Part shown: positions 44,470 to 55,453 of the stretch, piece after piece
Layout of the letters: every line of letters starts with the position of its first letter
How positions within the stretch are numbered: the first letter of the stretch is position 1
NCBI GenBank assembly: GCA_965262115.1
Contig: OZ253496.1
Span: 1,632,001-1,696,000, forward strand
Length of the DNA stretch: 64,000 nt
Source: Nitrospinales bacterium
GTDB taxonomy: Bacteria; Nitrospinota; Nitrospinia; Nitrospinales; VA-1
Direction: 5' to 3'
Notes under the pieces: generated by a model
What the model saw: the letters and a program-made list of their open reading frames with translations, nothing else
Database searches by the model: none
Told to the model about the DNA's origin: nothing
Program-made: the position numbers and the translations under genes

Positions 44470-45069
44470 ATGCCCGAACCAAGATTTATAATCTCGGATG
44501 GAGCTTTGATTCAGCCACCTGTTGAAATGGTCGCTTCAACTTCAATTGTGCAAGATATTGATCCAGATTATTATTTTCTGAAGGAAAATGAAAATAGTAT
44601 AGATAACCTAAAAAATGATTTTGGTTTAGATGATTTTATAGCTGAATTTAACCAGTATTTTAATGAGGTTTGCACACAAACACCTAATGCCGAAGTTCTA
44701 GAATGGTCTGAAACCGATCTAACTTCAAGAATTGGAACCCTTTTAGATTGCCTTAGCCAAAACACTATTTTAATTCCTCAACGGTCAAAGGTTCGAGATT
44801 ACCTCATATCTCACCTTGATTTAGCTGGTAAAATCCCTGCAATTTGCCTATTAGCAAAAAAGAGGTTTAAGACTGAGGCTCAATTATCTTTAGAAATGTA
44901 CGTTGATCCAGAAATAGATGATGGTCATCTTAAGCTATATATTCGACCAGATGAGTTCACTAAAGAGATTTTTAAAAAGATTGAAGAAGTTTCCAAAGTA
45001 TCATCGAGCTGGATAATGGGTATTTCTGGCTGGATTCACGTTTCAACTGACAAAGTTTGCCCCTCATAA
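44470..45069 (+). CDS. Hypothetical protein (possible antitoxin)
   Basis: Operonic; acidic N-terminus; 'LEMYVDPE' C-domain. Confidence 0.65.
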   Translation: MPEPRFIISDGALIQPPVEMVASTSIVQDIDPDYYFLKENENSIDNLKNDFGLDDFIAEFNQYFNEVCTQTPNAEVLEWSETDLTSRIGTLLDCLSQNTILIPQRSKVRDYLISHLDLAGKIPAICLLAKKRFKTEAQLSLEMYVDPEIDDGHLKLYIRPDEFTKEIFKKIEEVSKVSSSWIMGISGWIHVSTDKVCPS

Positions 45070-45073
45070 GCTT

Positions 45074-45445
45074 ATGGCTTTTCAGTGGATAGATTTTATT
45101 CATTTAGCCGATTCCCTTGCGAACGATAATAGTTCACCCACTTTAGACGCAGGAAGGCGAACGGCGATAAGCCGTTCCTACTTTGGAGCGTATTGCAAGG
45201 CTAGAGATTTTGCAGTTAAAGATTCCAGAGGGGCTTTTAAGCCAGAAAAAAAAGCTGATGATCACAGAAATGTAAGGCTATATTTTCTGAATCACAAGGA
45301 TGAAAATTTAAAATGTGTTGCAAATACACTACAGTCCCTGAGAGATTGGAGAAATAATTCTGATTATGATGAAAGTTGGGATTGTTTCCCTTTCGTTAAT
45401 AAATCAATTGAAGATGCAGGTAATATTTTTTCAATTTTAGCATAA
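45074..45445 (+). CDS. HEPN-like protein
   Basis: RTAISRSYFGAY and LRDWRNNSDY motifs. Confidence 0.75.
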   Translation: MAFQWIDFIHLADSLANDNSSPTLDAGRRTAISRSYFGAYCKARDFAVKDSRGAFKPEKKADDHRNVRLYFLNHKDENLKCVANTLQSLRDWRNNSDYDESWDCFPFVNKSIEDAGNIFSILA

Positions 45446-45507
45446 TGCAATTAAATGAGATCTTAAACTCATAAACACCCTGCCCCTCCTCAATATCCGC
45501 ACCCCTT

Positions 45508-46059
45508 TTAATAAACTCCTAATCCTTTCAAAAACAATCGAAAGTTATCGGTAAGCGCGGCTTCGTCTATGGTGTAGACGAAAATGTGGATCAAGGCGTA
45601 GTATTGCAAGGTTGCGCAGGCTGAAAGAACATCCCACCCTAAATGTTTATCGAGCGTCCAGGGTTTTCGTGCTGTTTTATTTTTGTGCAGGAGCCAAAAC
45701 TCGCTGGCCGTGATGCCCAGCCCGAGCAAAACAAAATAAGGCCATTGTTTAACAGATTCGGTCAGGCTATGGAATGCGATGCCTTGATAAAACCCGGCCT
45801 CGGTCATATGGTCCCAGATCAGGCTGCCGAAGCAGGCGGCGGCCATGGTTGCGGCAAAAATTCTAAGGTGCGTCCGACCACGGCGAAATTTTATTTGAGC
45901 TTTATGAAAATGGTTTTTACAAAAAAGGTACGGGTCACACTGCTCGCTATACCGATGCCTCAATACAGGTGCCTCTGATTTTAAAGTCGGCAGGATTTCA
46001 TAAATTCGAGAAAACACCCCGCTTATCGCAGATGGCTTCCAGCATCGATCTTGTTCCAA
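45508..46059 (-). CDS. Hypothetical membrane protein (start uncertain)
   Basis: Hydrophobic segments. Confidence 0.4.
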   Translation of the reverse strand: MEQDRCWKPSAISGVFSRIYEILPTLKSEAPVLRHRYSEQCDPYLFCKNHFHKAQIKFRRGRTHLRIFAATMAAACFGSLIWDHMTEAGFYQGIAFHSLTESVKQWPYFVLLGLGITASEFWLLHKNKTARKPWTLDKHLGWDVLSACATLQYYALIHIFVYTIDEAALTDNFRLFLKGLGVY

Positions 46060-46080
46060 CGCTTTTAGAGTTACTCGGAT

Positions 46081-46365
46081 TCATGGGAAGGGAAACTTTT
46101 TCTCCAGGAAATAAGGGTCATCCCCCGCCTGTCTGGCCTGCAGTTCTTCAGAAAAGAAAACATTCATAATATCCTGCGGTCTTTTGAATTCCGGCAGGCT
46201 GCCTTTTTTATTGGAGCCTGTTTGCTCCATGCTGAAAGAGGCCCTAATGATTTGCAGTTCGATGAGTAATTTAGAGAAGTTTCCCCCGGCGATGGCATCG
46301 GCCTCTTGTTTTTGCGCGGGAGTCAGATTATTCAGAAGAGAGTTTATCGGGTTCACAGGTTCCAT
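46081..46365 (-). CDS. Hypothetical protein
   Basis: ORF only. Confidence 0.45.
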   Translation of the reverse strand: MEPVNPINSLLNNLTPAQKQEADAIAGGNFSKLLIELQIIRASFSMEQTGSNKKGSLPEFKRPQDIMNVFFSEELQARQAGDDPYFLEKKFPFP

Positions 46366-46479
46366 ACCTGTATTGGCGGCCCAAACTGGGATATCTTGAC
46401 CCTAAAATAAATAAAAAAGCAGTCAGAAGCGAAAGCTATTGATTTCAGGCCTACTATTTCGAGGGCGGGTTTTTATAAT

Positions 46480-47298
46480 TTATAGATCATTGGAAAGCAA
46501 TTCAGGAGAACCACTTTCCGGGGCAGTCCTATATTCACTGCCCGGTAGTAGGGGTCGCGACTCCATCTTCTCATGGGCGTGAGAATGACTGTCTTCTGGG
46601 AATCCAAACTCATCCGGATCAACGCTGTGTGAATATCCGTGCATCTGCATTAAGAATAAAAAAACTCCTGCAACAATTAGCCCATTATTAGAGACGGTAC
46701 TTATTTGTAGAAAGGATTGGGTATGTCGCCATCTATATAGCAAGGCAACCATTAGACATAAGGCCGCAATTTGTCCTAATTCAATCCCCAGATTAAAGGA
46801 CAGGATTCGTAATACAATCCCTTCCTCTCCCAAAGGTAATTGTTGCAGTCTTGTGGACAACCCCAATCCGTGGATCAGGCCAAAAATAAATATGGCCCAA
46901 ATTAAATTCGGAGATTTTTCAAAAATTTTACGGAACCCGCCGATATTTTCATAACCGATGTAACAAACACTCAGGGCAATCACGGCATCGATTAAAAAGT
47001 AGTTAGCAGTAACCCCCATTAAGGTTGCCGTGATAAGGGTTATGCTGTGTCCTATTGTGAAGGCAGTTATATATTTGACCACATCCATGAAGGTGGTGAG
47101 AAAAAAGACAATTCCAAAGACAAATAAAAGATGGTCGTAGCCTGTCAACGTATGGCTCGCACCAATCTTCAAAAATTCAAGATTCCCTCCCTCGAGAATA
47201 GTTTGCTTTTCCGCTTCAGACATTCCATGGGCATAGGCAGAGGACACAAACGATGCCAAAAATAATATTTGTACTAAAAGAACTTTTTTCATAAACAT
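46480..47298 (-). CDS. HupE/UreJ family metal transporter
   Basis: GYDHLLF, FTIGHSITL, FGLIHG, FNLGIELGQ; His-rich tail. Confidence 0.9.
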   Translation of the reverse strand: MFMKKVLLVQILFLASFVSSAYAHGMSEAEKQTILEGGNLEFLKIGASHTLTGYDHLLFVFGIVFFLTTFMDVVKYITAFTIGHSITLITATLMGVTANYFLIDAVIALSVCYIGYENIGGFRKIFEKSPNLIWAIFIFGLIHGLGLSTRLQQLPLGEEGIVLRILSFNLGIELGQIAALCLMVALLYRWRHTQSFLQISTVSNNGLIVAGVFLFLMQMHGYSHSVDPDEFGFPEDSHSHAHEKMESRPLLPGSEYRTAPESGSPELLSNDL

Positions 47299-47388
47299 TT
47301 TTTCAAGAAATGTGTATTTGAAAAGCTGATCGCGATTTGTTGAGGATCAGAGAAATGCTCTAATTTAAAGGGGGCTAGTCACAACAGG

Positions 47389-48321
47389 TCAATCCTGTGA
47401 AACGCTAACGCAATTTCTCCCTTTACTCTTGGCATTGTAAAGTGCTTTATCAGCACTCCCGATCAGTTCTTTATAAGACGAATTTGAGTTTGGGACAATA
47501 CTGGCGGCCCCGAAGCTTGCCGTTGTGAAGGGTTTGATATTACTTGATTTGTGCTCTATTTTTAATTTCTCGATGGCAGCTCGAATTTTTTCGGACAATT
47601 TGAAAACATCCTCCGGTTCAACATTTGGCAAAATGACCGCAAATTACTCCCCGCCATAACGTGCCACCATGTCCGCAGGTCGCCGCAATGTATCAGCTAT
47701 GGCAGTCGCAACCTTTACCAGACACTCATCACCAGCCTGATGCCCGTATGTATCGTTGTATTTTTTAAAATAATCAATGTCCAGCATGACTAATGATAGA
47801 GGTGGTTTTTCCCGCATTGTCCTTTTCCATTCTACTGTTAGAAATTCATCAAAGTACCGACGATTGTATATTCCTGTCAATCCATAGTTAATCGCAAGAT
47901 CACTAAGGTATTCCTCAACATCTTCGTAGTAGGTAAAAAAATTTATGGCAGATAATAATCCTACAAATTCTCCCTTTTCTGTGACTGCAAGATGGCCAAC
48001 TCCTGACAGGCGCATCATTTTATTGGCCTCGGCCATAATAGTCGAGCCTTCGATCGTTTTGACGGGAGCCGACATGATGCAATCAACGGTGGTAGAATCT
48101 ACCGAATATTTTTTTGCAGCAACTTTACGAGTGAAGTCAGCATTTGTCACCACTCCGATGTAGTCATGAGTCTTGTTTTTCACCAGAACCACAGATGTTT
48201 TATGCGAACTCATAAACTCTGCGACTTCTTGGAGAGATGAGTTATCACTCACAAATGGGATAGGTGACGTCATGTAGTCTCTGACGTTTCTGCCCGATAT
48301 AATTTTCTTCTTATCATTCAT
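47389..48321 (-). pseudogene. CBS-pair + GGDEF diguanylate cyclase with in-frame nonsense codon
   Basis: ARYGGE-TAA-FAVIL; the downstream ORF is in the same frame. Confidence 0.9.
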
Positions 48322-48599
48322 TTTGCGGCGCCAAAATTTTGGATGTCGGCCAGCCGGATTCCAAAGCCAGAACTTTCTATTTAAGATAAAACTCTGTTAG
48401 CAAGTTCTCCTGCTTTATAAGGGCAAGATTTTCTGACTGGGATAGGCCGAAATTCTAACACCCATTTATATTTCTACAAATAAAACATCTTTCCTATACA
48501 GATATTCTAGTAAGAGCCTCTTATTAAACAGAGCTCCCCCATCTTTAAATTACAATCTTGAAAAGAGCTGTGAATTGTCCGAGAATGCGGGATTAATGT

Positions 48600-50243
48600 T
48601 TGCTCGCGTTAAACTTTTCTAGTTCCTTGAATAATGCCAAACCTAATCGGGCTTTGAAAAAAATGGGCTTATTGACTGCCAGACCTTCTTCCGCCAAATT
48701 CGTTGTGGAAGATCCCTATTTTCTCGATGTCGATGAACACCCGGATTGGCAAGGCCAATTCGGAAACAGCCAGCCGATAAAGCTGGAAATTGGCTTTGGA
48801 ATGGGAGATTTCCTGATTGAAATGGCGGCCCGGGAACCCCATAGCAATTTTGTCGGGATAGATTTTTCCCAAGATGGTATCCGCAAATTATTGTCCAGGG
48901 TAAAAGACCTTCAAATAAAGAATATTCGTGTTGTCTATGGCGATGTCCGGGAAAAAGTCCCTCTCCTTTTCCATGATGGCGAATTGAATATGGTCTATAT
49001 CAATTTCCCCGACCCCTGGCCGAGAAAAAGGCATTTTAAACGACGGCTGATCAAACCAGCATTGGTCACGCTGATCGCCAGGAAGCTGACTCTGGAAGGT
49101 CACGTTTATCTGGCCACCGACAGCGAGCCCTATGCCCATGAAATTCTTGAATATTTCAATGCTGAGCCTTTGTTGCAAAACAAAAGTCAGGAGTCTGGTT
49201 TTCTCTTTCGCCGCGACCATCTGCCCAAAACGAAATACGAAAAAAGTTTTATTTACGCTGGGGATAGAATCCATTACCTGGAATATTCCCGACTAGCGGC
49301 AAAGGGACAACCCGGGAAAAAAGTTTCTTCTGCACGAGAAGAAACCAATGAGCTTGCAGAGGAAAAAATCTTGAGCAATGACGAAATGCTGATTAAAAAA
49401 TTTGAGCGTGCTGAAGCGAAAGCTAAAGATGCCTGTGACCTTCAACAGCTTGGCGGTCATTTAGCCTCTGCAGGAGACAGGCAGTGGGCCGAAAAAGTTT
49501 ATCAAAAAGCCGAAGCCATGGCCGAAGACAGTCTGGACTTGAATTGGCTGGCCTACAGTGTTTCTGAAACACTGGGTGATAAAGACTGGGCGAAAAAATT
49601 ATACGATAAAGCCGAAGCCATGGCCGAAAGCAGTCTGGATTTGAACTGGCTGGCCTACAGTGTTTCTGAAACACTGGGCGATAAAAACCGGGCGATAAAA
49701 CTCTATGAGAAAGCTGAGAACAACCCCCAAAATATTCGTGAACTCTGTGATCTCGCTGACAGCATTTCTGAAACATTCGGCGATCAGGAATGGCAAATAA
49801 AAGTTTATAAGAAAGCCGAGGCTATGGCGAAAGAGCATTCCGACTTCTATGAACTTGCCGACAGCGTCTGTGCAAAGCTTAGCGACAAAAAATGGGCCAG
49901 AGAGCTCTATGAGAAAGCCGAGGACACGGCCCAAGACAGCAGCGACCTCCATAGTCTGGTCGAGAGCCTTGCAGAAAAGCTGGGCGATCAGGAATGGGCT
50001 AAAAAAGGTTATTTAAAGGCCGAAAGCATGGCCCAGGACAGCACTGATTTCTGCTGTCTGGCCGAGAGCCTGTTGCAAAATTTGAGTGATGAGGAATGGG
50101 CCAGGAAGTTATATAAAAAAGCCGAAGACCAAGCTGAAGAAAGTTTTGAATACCGCTGGCTGGCCGACAGCCTGAGTGAATTACTGGGTGATAAAGAATG
50201 GGCTGAACAGGTATGTCAGAAAGCGAAAAACCTTTTTAGCTGA
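48600..50243 (+). CDS. trmB: tRNA (guanine-N7) methyltransferase fused to 34-aa helical repeats (start uncertain)
   Basis: LEIGFGMG, NFPDPWP.KRH.KRR, ATD, TKYE. Confidence 0.9.
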   Translation: MLALNFSSSLNNAKPNRALKKMGLLTARPSSAKFVVEDPYFLDVDEHPDWQGQFGNSQPIKLEIGFGMGDFLIEMAAREPHSNFVGIDFSQDGIRKLLSRVKDLQIKNIRVVYGDVREKVPLLFHDGELNMVYINFPDPWPRKRHFKRRLIKPALVTLIARKLTLEGHVYLATDSEPYAHEILEYFNAEPLLQNKSQESGFLFRRDHLPKTKYEKSFIYAGDRIHYLEYSRLAAKGQPGKKVSSAREETNELAEEKILSNDEMLIKKFERAEAKAKDACDLQQLGGHLASAGDRQWAEKVYQKAEAMAEDSLDLNWLAYSVSETLGDKDWAKKLYDKAEAMAESSLDLNWLAYSVSETLGDKNRAIKLYEKAENNPQNIRELCDLADSISETFGDQEWQIKVYKKAEAMAKEHSDFYELADSVCAKLSDKKWARELYEKAEDTAQDSSDLHSLVESLAEKLGDQEWAKKGYLKAESMAQDSTDFCCLAESLLQNLSDEEWARKLYKKAEDQAEESFEYRWLADSLSELLGDKEWAEQVCQKAKNLFS

Positions 50244-50276
50244 GATACCGCAGTTGCAGTTAAGGGTGGGGTCCGC

Positions 50277-50801
50277 TCACTCGTGACATTCTTCAATGCA
50301 GGCCTCTAAACCTTTGCCAATGACTTCTATGATTTTATTTTTTAGGATTTCGCCTATCTCATTAATTCCGCCTTCATCGCAATTTTCTATTTTCCACTCA
50401 TAACCTTCAGATAGATCTTTTTCGGCGCACATTTTTTTAACTTCGGCAATAGCCTCTTCTTTTGTGTCAGATTTTAATGGGGCTTCCAGATTGGTGTTAA
50501 CTGGAATATGTCCGACATTTAAATCATAATGAGCCGTGAATCCATCCCAGAAGATATTTTCATCTGTTTCATCCTGTTCGAGTCGTTCTATGATGTTGTC
50601 TGTTAATTTATCATCAAAAGTGTTGATTCCCCCGTGCTCACATCCTTCAATTTTCCACTCATAACCTTCGAATAATTTTTTTTTGTCTATCATTCTTTCA
50701 ACTTCTTTGTTGGCCTCTTCTTTAGTGGTTCTGGATTTCAATCGTACTTCCAGATTTGTATATACATAAATATTGCGAACTTTTAATTTCAAACTACTCA
50801 T
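50277..50801 (-). CDS. Hypothetical protein with internal domain duplication
   Basis: Two copies of TNLE..LKS..TKEEA..EV...EGYEWKIE.C..GGIN. Confidence 0.65.
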   Translation of the reverse strand: MSSLKLKVRNIYVYTNLEVRLKSRTTKEEANKEVERMIDKKKLFEGYEWKIEGCEHGGINTFDDKLTDNIIERLEQDETDENIFWDGFTAHYDLNVGHIPVNTNLEAPLKSDTKEEAIAEVKKMCAEKDLSEGYEWKIENCDEGGINEIGEILKNKIIEVIGKGLEACIEECHE

Positions 50802-51032
50802 TTTTAATCCTCTATTAGCGGTTCCTGCCAAAAGGCTTTATATTTATTTAATTTTCGATCCTGCTTTCTAGGTTTAGAGTTGGAAAACAAGATAAGGATT
50901 TAATATTTTTGTCCATTTTTAAATTAATATTGGAATGGGAAAAATGTAAGTTTTTCGCGGTCTATCCGACTGATTTATAGATGATTAAGGGAAGAGGACA
51001 TCATTGCTGAGGAAGAATATTATAGTCACACC

Positions 51033-52394
51033 CTAATGGAACACTTTAGCGATGAAGACGATGCCCACCGCAACGGGGGTGATGTAGCGGATGAGGAACT
51101 CCCAGCTTTGTGCCCAAGGAAAGCCGAAAGCGTTTTCGTTTTTCTCGATTTCTTCATGCGCGTTTTTAGTGCCCCAGACCCAGCCTACGAAAATGGCGGT
51201 CAACATGCCGCCTAACGGTAAAAGGTAATTGGAAGCAATGTTGTCAATATGATCGAAGAAGGTCATGCCCAACAATTTCACATCTGCCAAAACACCAAAG
51301 GACAAACCACTGGGAATTCCTAACGCGAAGATGGTCAGGCCGACAATGAGCACGGCTCTTTTTCGCTCCCATCCCCGCTGGTCGATGAAATAGGCCACGA
51401 CCACCTCCAGCAATGATATGCCTGAGGTGATGGCGGCAATGGCCAGCAGGACAAAAAAGATCACGGCCACGCCATGGCCGAGAGGCATGCTGGCAAATAC
51501 GGTAGGCAGAACGCTGAAGACTAATCCCGGGCCTTCGGTAGGTTCGAGTCCCATCGCAAACACCGCCGGGAAAATTACCATGCCGACCATAAGAGCGATG
51601 AGGGTGTCGAACATCACAACATAAACGGTGGAAGAGGTCAGGTTTTCTTTTTCCGACAGGTAACTGCCATAAGTGATCATAGCCCCCATTCCCAGGCTGA
51701 GTGAAAAGAAGGCCTGCCCCAAAGCAATCAGCACAACATTGGCGCTGATCTTGCTGAAGTCGGGAGTTAGATAAAAGGCCACGCCTTCCATCGCTCCATT
51801 GAGAGTGAGGGAGCGCATCATTAGTAGAATCAGGATGATGACCAGAGTCGGCATGAGGATGTTGCAGGCTTTTTCGATGCCGCCATGCACGCCTCTTAAG
51901 ACGATGGCGATGCAGGTTCCCATGAACAGCGCATGATAGAAAAGCACTTCCCCGGAATTTCCTATAAAGCTTGCAAAAAACTCGCCCGCTTCCTTAGGGG
52001 AGGGAAATGCCAGCACCGAACCGGTGATGGATTTCGCGACATAAGCGAAAGTCCAACCGCCCACCACACCATAAAAGGAAAGGATGAAGAATCCGGCGAG
52101 CACGCCCATATAACCGATGGCGGTCCACGGCGATTTGGGTTGCAGTTGTTCAAAAGCGCCGACCGGATTGCGATTGGTTTTTCGGCCCAGAGTAAACTCA
52201 GCCAGCATGATGGGCGTACCGATCACGAAGATACAGACCAGATAAATGAGCACAAACGCCCCACCGCCATTCTGCCCCACTATATAAGGAAACTTCCAGA
52301 CATTGCCGAGTCCCACAGCGGAACCGGAAGCGGCCAGGATGAACCCCCAGCGACTGCCCCAGAACCCGCGCTGATTATTGCTTTCGGTCTTCAT
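51033..52394 (-). CDS. Sodium-dependent transporter (NSS/SNF family)
   Basis: GSAVGLGNVWKFPY, GQAFFSLSLG. Confidence 0.95.
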   Translation of the reverse strand: MKTESNNQRGFWGSRWGFILAASGSAVGLGNVWKFPYIVGQNGGGAFVLIYLVCIFVIGTPIMLAEFTLGRKTNRNPVGAFEQLQPKSPWTAIGYMGVLAGFFILSFYGVVGGWTFAYVAKSITGSVLAFPSPKEAGEFFASFIGNSGEVLFYHALFMGTCIAIVLRGVHGGIEKACNILMPTLVIILILLMMRSLTLNGAMEGVAFYLTPDFSKISANVVLIALGQAFFSLSLGMGAMITYGSYLSEKENLTSSTVYVVMFDTLIALMVGMVIFPAVFAMGLEPTEGPGLVFSVLPTVFASMPLGHGVAVIFFVLLAIAAITSGISLLEVVVAYFIDQRGWERKRAVLIVGLTIFALGIPSGLSFGVLADVKLLGMTFFDHIDNIASNYLLPLGGMLTAIFVGWVWGTKNAHEEIEKNENAFGFPWAQSWEFLIRYITPVAVGIVFIAKVFH

Positions 52395-52398
52395 CTAA

Positions 52399-54288
52399 AT
52401 GGGAGTATATTTTCAAGATGACTCGTTGCTGGCAACCGGGAGGTTTCCTCTGAGAAAAGTAATCAAAGATATCATAGAGAATATTCCCAAGCTACCCGGA
52501 ATTTATATCATGAAGGATTCCCGGTCGGAAATTCTTTATATCGGCAAGGCCAAAGTCCTGAGAAACCGGGTGCGTTCTTATTTCCAGAATTCCCGCACCC
52601 TCCACCCCAGGACGAGGATGTTTCTAGACAAAGTCCGCGACATCAAGTTTTTGACCACTAAGACGGAAGCCGAAGCGCTGATCTTGGAAAGTAATTTCGT
52701 CAAGAAGCATCAACCCCGCTATAACGTCCTGCTCAAAGACGACAAGCATTACCCTTATTTGCGTTTGACCACGCAGGAGAAATTTCCAAGGCTGGAGGTG
52801 GTGCGCCGGGTGCGAAAAGACAAGGCGATTTATTTCGGTCCTTATACCATGGTCAAGGAAGTCCGTGAAACGATCCGGCTGATTTATAAAATCTTTCCGC
52901 TTCGCCAGAGCAAAGACAAGCTGAGTGGAGAACCCATGCGTCGCCCCTGCCTCAACCACCAGATGGGCCGGTGCCTGGCCCCGTGCGCCGGCAAGGTTTC
53001 TCCCGACGATTATAAGAAAGTGGTTGAGGATGTGGAGCTGTTTCTCAAAGGCAAAAACGCGTCGCTCCTGAAAAACCTGAAGGCGGGTATGGAAGCGGCG
53101 TCTGCAGAGACGCGCTACGAAGAAGCCGCGATTTTCCGGGATAAAATCCAGGCTGTGCAAACGGTGCTCGACAAACAGAAAATCATCTCCACTTCTCTGC
53201 AGGATCAGGATGTCATTGCCTATTGTTCCGAAAAAGATCAGGCGATGGCGCAGGTACTGATCATCCGCGATGGAAAAATGCTGAGCGAAAAAATATTCAA
53301 GCTGAAATCGCTCAACGAAATGGAAGAAGATGAAACCCTGTCCTCTTTTCTCAAACAGTACTACGCCGAAGAGGTGGTTCTGCCCACTGAAATTTTATTG
53401 CCCCATCCTGTTGAAGATTCCGATTTGATCGCCGACTGGCTGTCAGAAAAAAAAGGCACCCAGGTGAGGCTCGAAACTCCTGTAATCGGTAAAAAACGCG
53501 ATCTCGTGAGAATGGCGGAAGAAAACGCCCGTTTTGCCATGAGAATGGAGCGCGACAAGGGCAATGTTGGCACCCGCTCGCTGGAAGAACTGCAAACGGC
53601 TCTCGGCCTGAACCATTTCCCGGAAGTGATTGAAGGGTTTGATTTGTCCAATATATCGGGAAGCCACGCGGTGGGTTCGATGGTGGTGTTTGAAAACGCC
53701 CTGGCAGAAAAATCTAAATACCGCCGCTACAAAATTGCCACGGTAAAAGGCATTGACGATTACGCCATGCTGAGAGAGGTGATGACCCGCCGTTATCGCC
53801 TACTCCTCAACGAGGGCAGTCCGTTGCCCAATCTGGTGCTCATCGATGGAGGCAAAGGCCATTTGAACTCCGGCCGGGAAGTTTTTGAGGCTTTGGGACT
53901 TCTCGACCGGGTCGACCTGGCCTGCATCGCTAAGGGGAAATATCGCAACAATCTTGATACGGATGAGGTTTATTTATTGGACAAAAAAGAACCGGTGCTG
54001 TTTAAAGAGAACTCCCCTTCCCGATTTCTCATGCAACGGATTCGTGATGAGGCGCACCGGTTTGCCATTTCCTATCACCGTAGATTACGCGGCAGGGAGG
54101 CTTTGATCTCACCGTTGGAAAACATTCCGGGTATCGGCAAAAAGCGCCGGTTACTGCTTTTAAAGCAATTTGGCAGTCTGGAAAATATCCGCAATGCTTC
54201 GGTGGAGGAACTGACCAGCCTGCCGGGCATCACCCGGTCTCTGGCAGAAAAACTGCGCCAGCGTGACGCTGGACCCAATGAGCAATAG
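52399..54288 (+). CDS. uvrC: Excinuclease ABC subunit C (start uncertain)
   Basis: PGIY..YIGKAK, DGGKG, RDEAHRFA, HhH. Confidence 0.97.
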   Translation: MGVYFQDDSLLATGRFPLRKVIKDIIENIPKLPGIYIMKDSRSEILYIGKAKVLRNRVRSYFQNSRTLHPRTRMFLDKVRDIKFLTTKTEAEALILESNFVKKHQPRYNVLLKDDKHYPYLRLTTQEKFPRLEVVRRVRKDKAIYFGPYTMVKEVRETIRLIYKIFPLRQSKDKLSGEPMRRPCLNHQMGRCLAPCAGKVSPDDYKKVVEDVELFLKGKNASLLKNLKAGMEAASAETRYEEAAIFRDKIQAVQTVLDKQKIISTSLQDQDVIAYCSEKDQAMAQVLIIRDGKMLSEKIFKLKSLNEMEEDETLSSFLKQYYAEEVVLPTEILLPHPVEDSDLIADWLSEKKGTQVRLETPVIGKKRDLVRMAEENARFAMRMERDKGNVGTRSLEELQTALGLNHFPEVIEGFDLSNISGSHAVGSMVVFENALAEKSKYRRYKIATVKGIDDYAMLREVMTRRYRLLLNEGSPLPNLVLIDGGKGHLNSGREVFEALGLLDRVDLACIAKGKYRNNLDTDEVYLLDKKEPVLFKENSPSRFLMQRIRDEAHRFAISYHRRLRGREALISPLENIPGIGKKRRLLLLKQFGSLENIRNASVEELTSLPGITRSLAEKLRQRDAGPNEQ

Positions 54289-54479
54289 CTTTTTTTGGCA
54301 AGCAAAGAGTTGTCTCGGCTTGAAGAGGTTTTGCCCATTGCCCCCACGGTTAGTGGCCAGCGGTCGGGGGCAACTAGCAATGGCTTTCATCTGCTGGCAA
54401 AGAGTTGTCTCGACCGATAAGACTATGGCCAGTTCCCTCCCACGGAAGTGGGTGGCTTTTATCTGCGCTCAATCGTGTA

Positions 54480-55279
<800 letters not shown>

Positions 55280-55453
55280 TAAGGGGTGTGGGGCCAATTT
55301 TGGCCACTCCTTAACAATTTCACCCCCTTCTGAGCTGTGAAACTTTTTAAAGATCAATACATTATTATGATATTGACTAAATTTATAATATATTATAAAT
55401 TTATATATAATGATAATAGTTCATAAAAGTTGTTCAAAAGAAAAGGTGTATTA

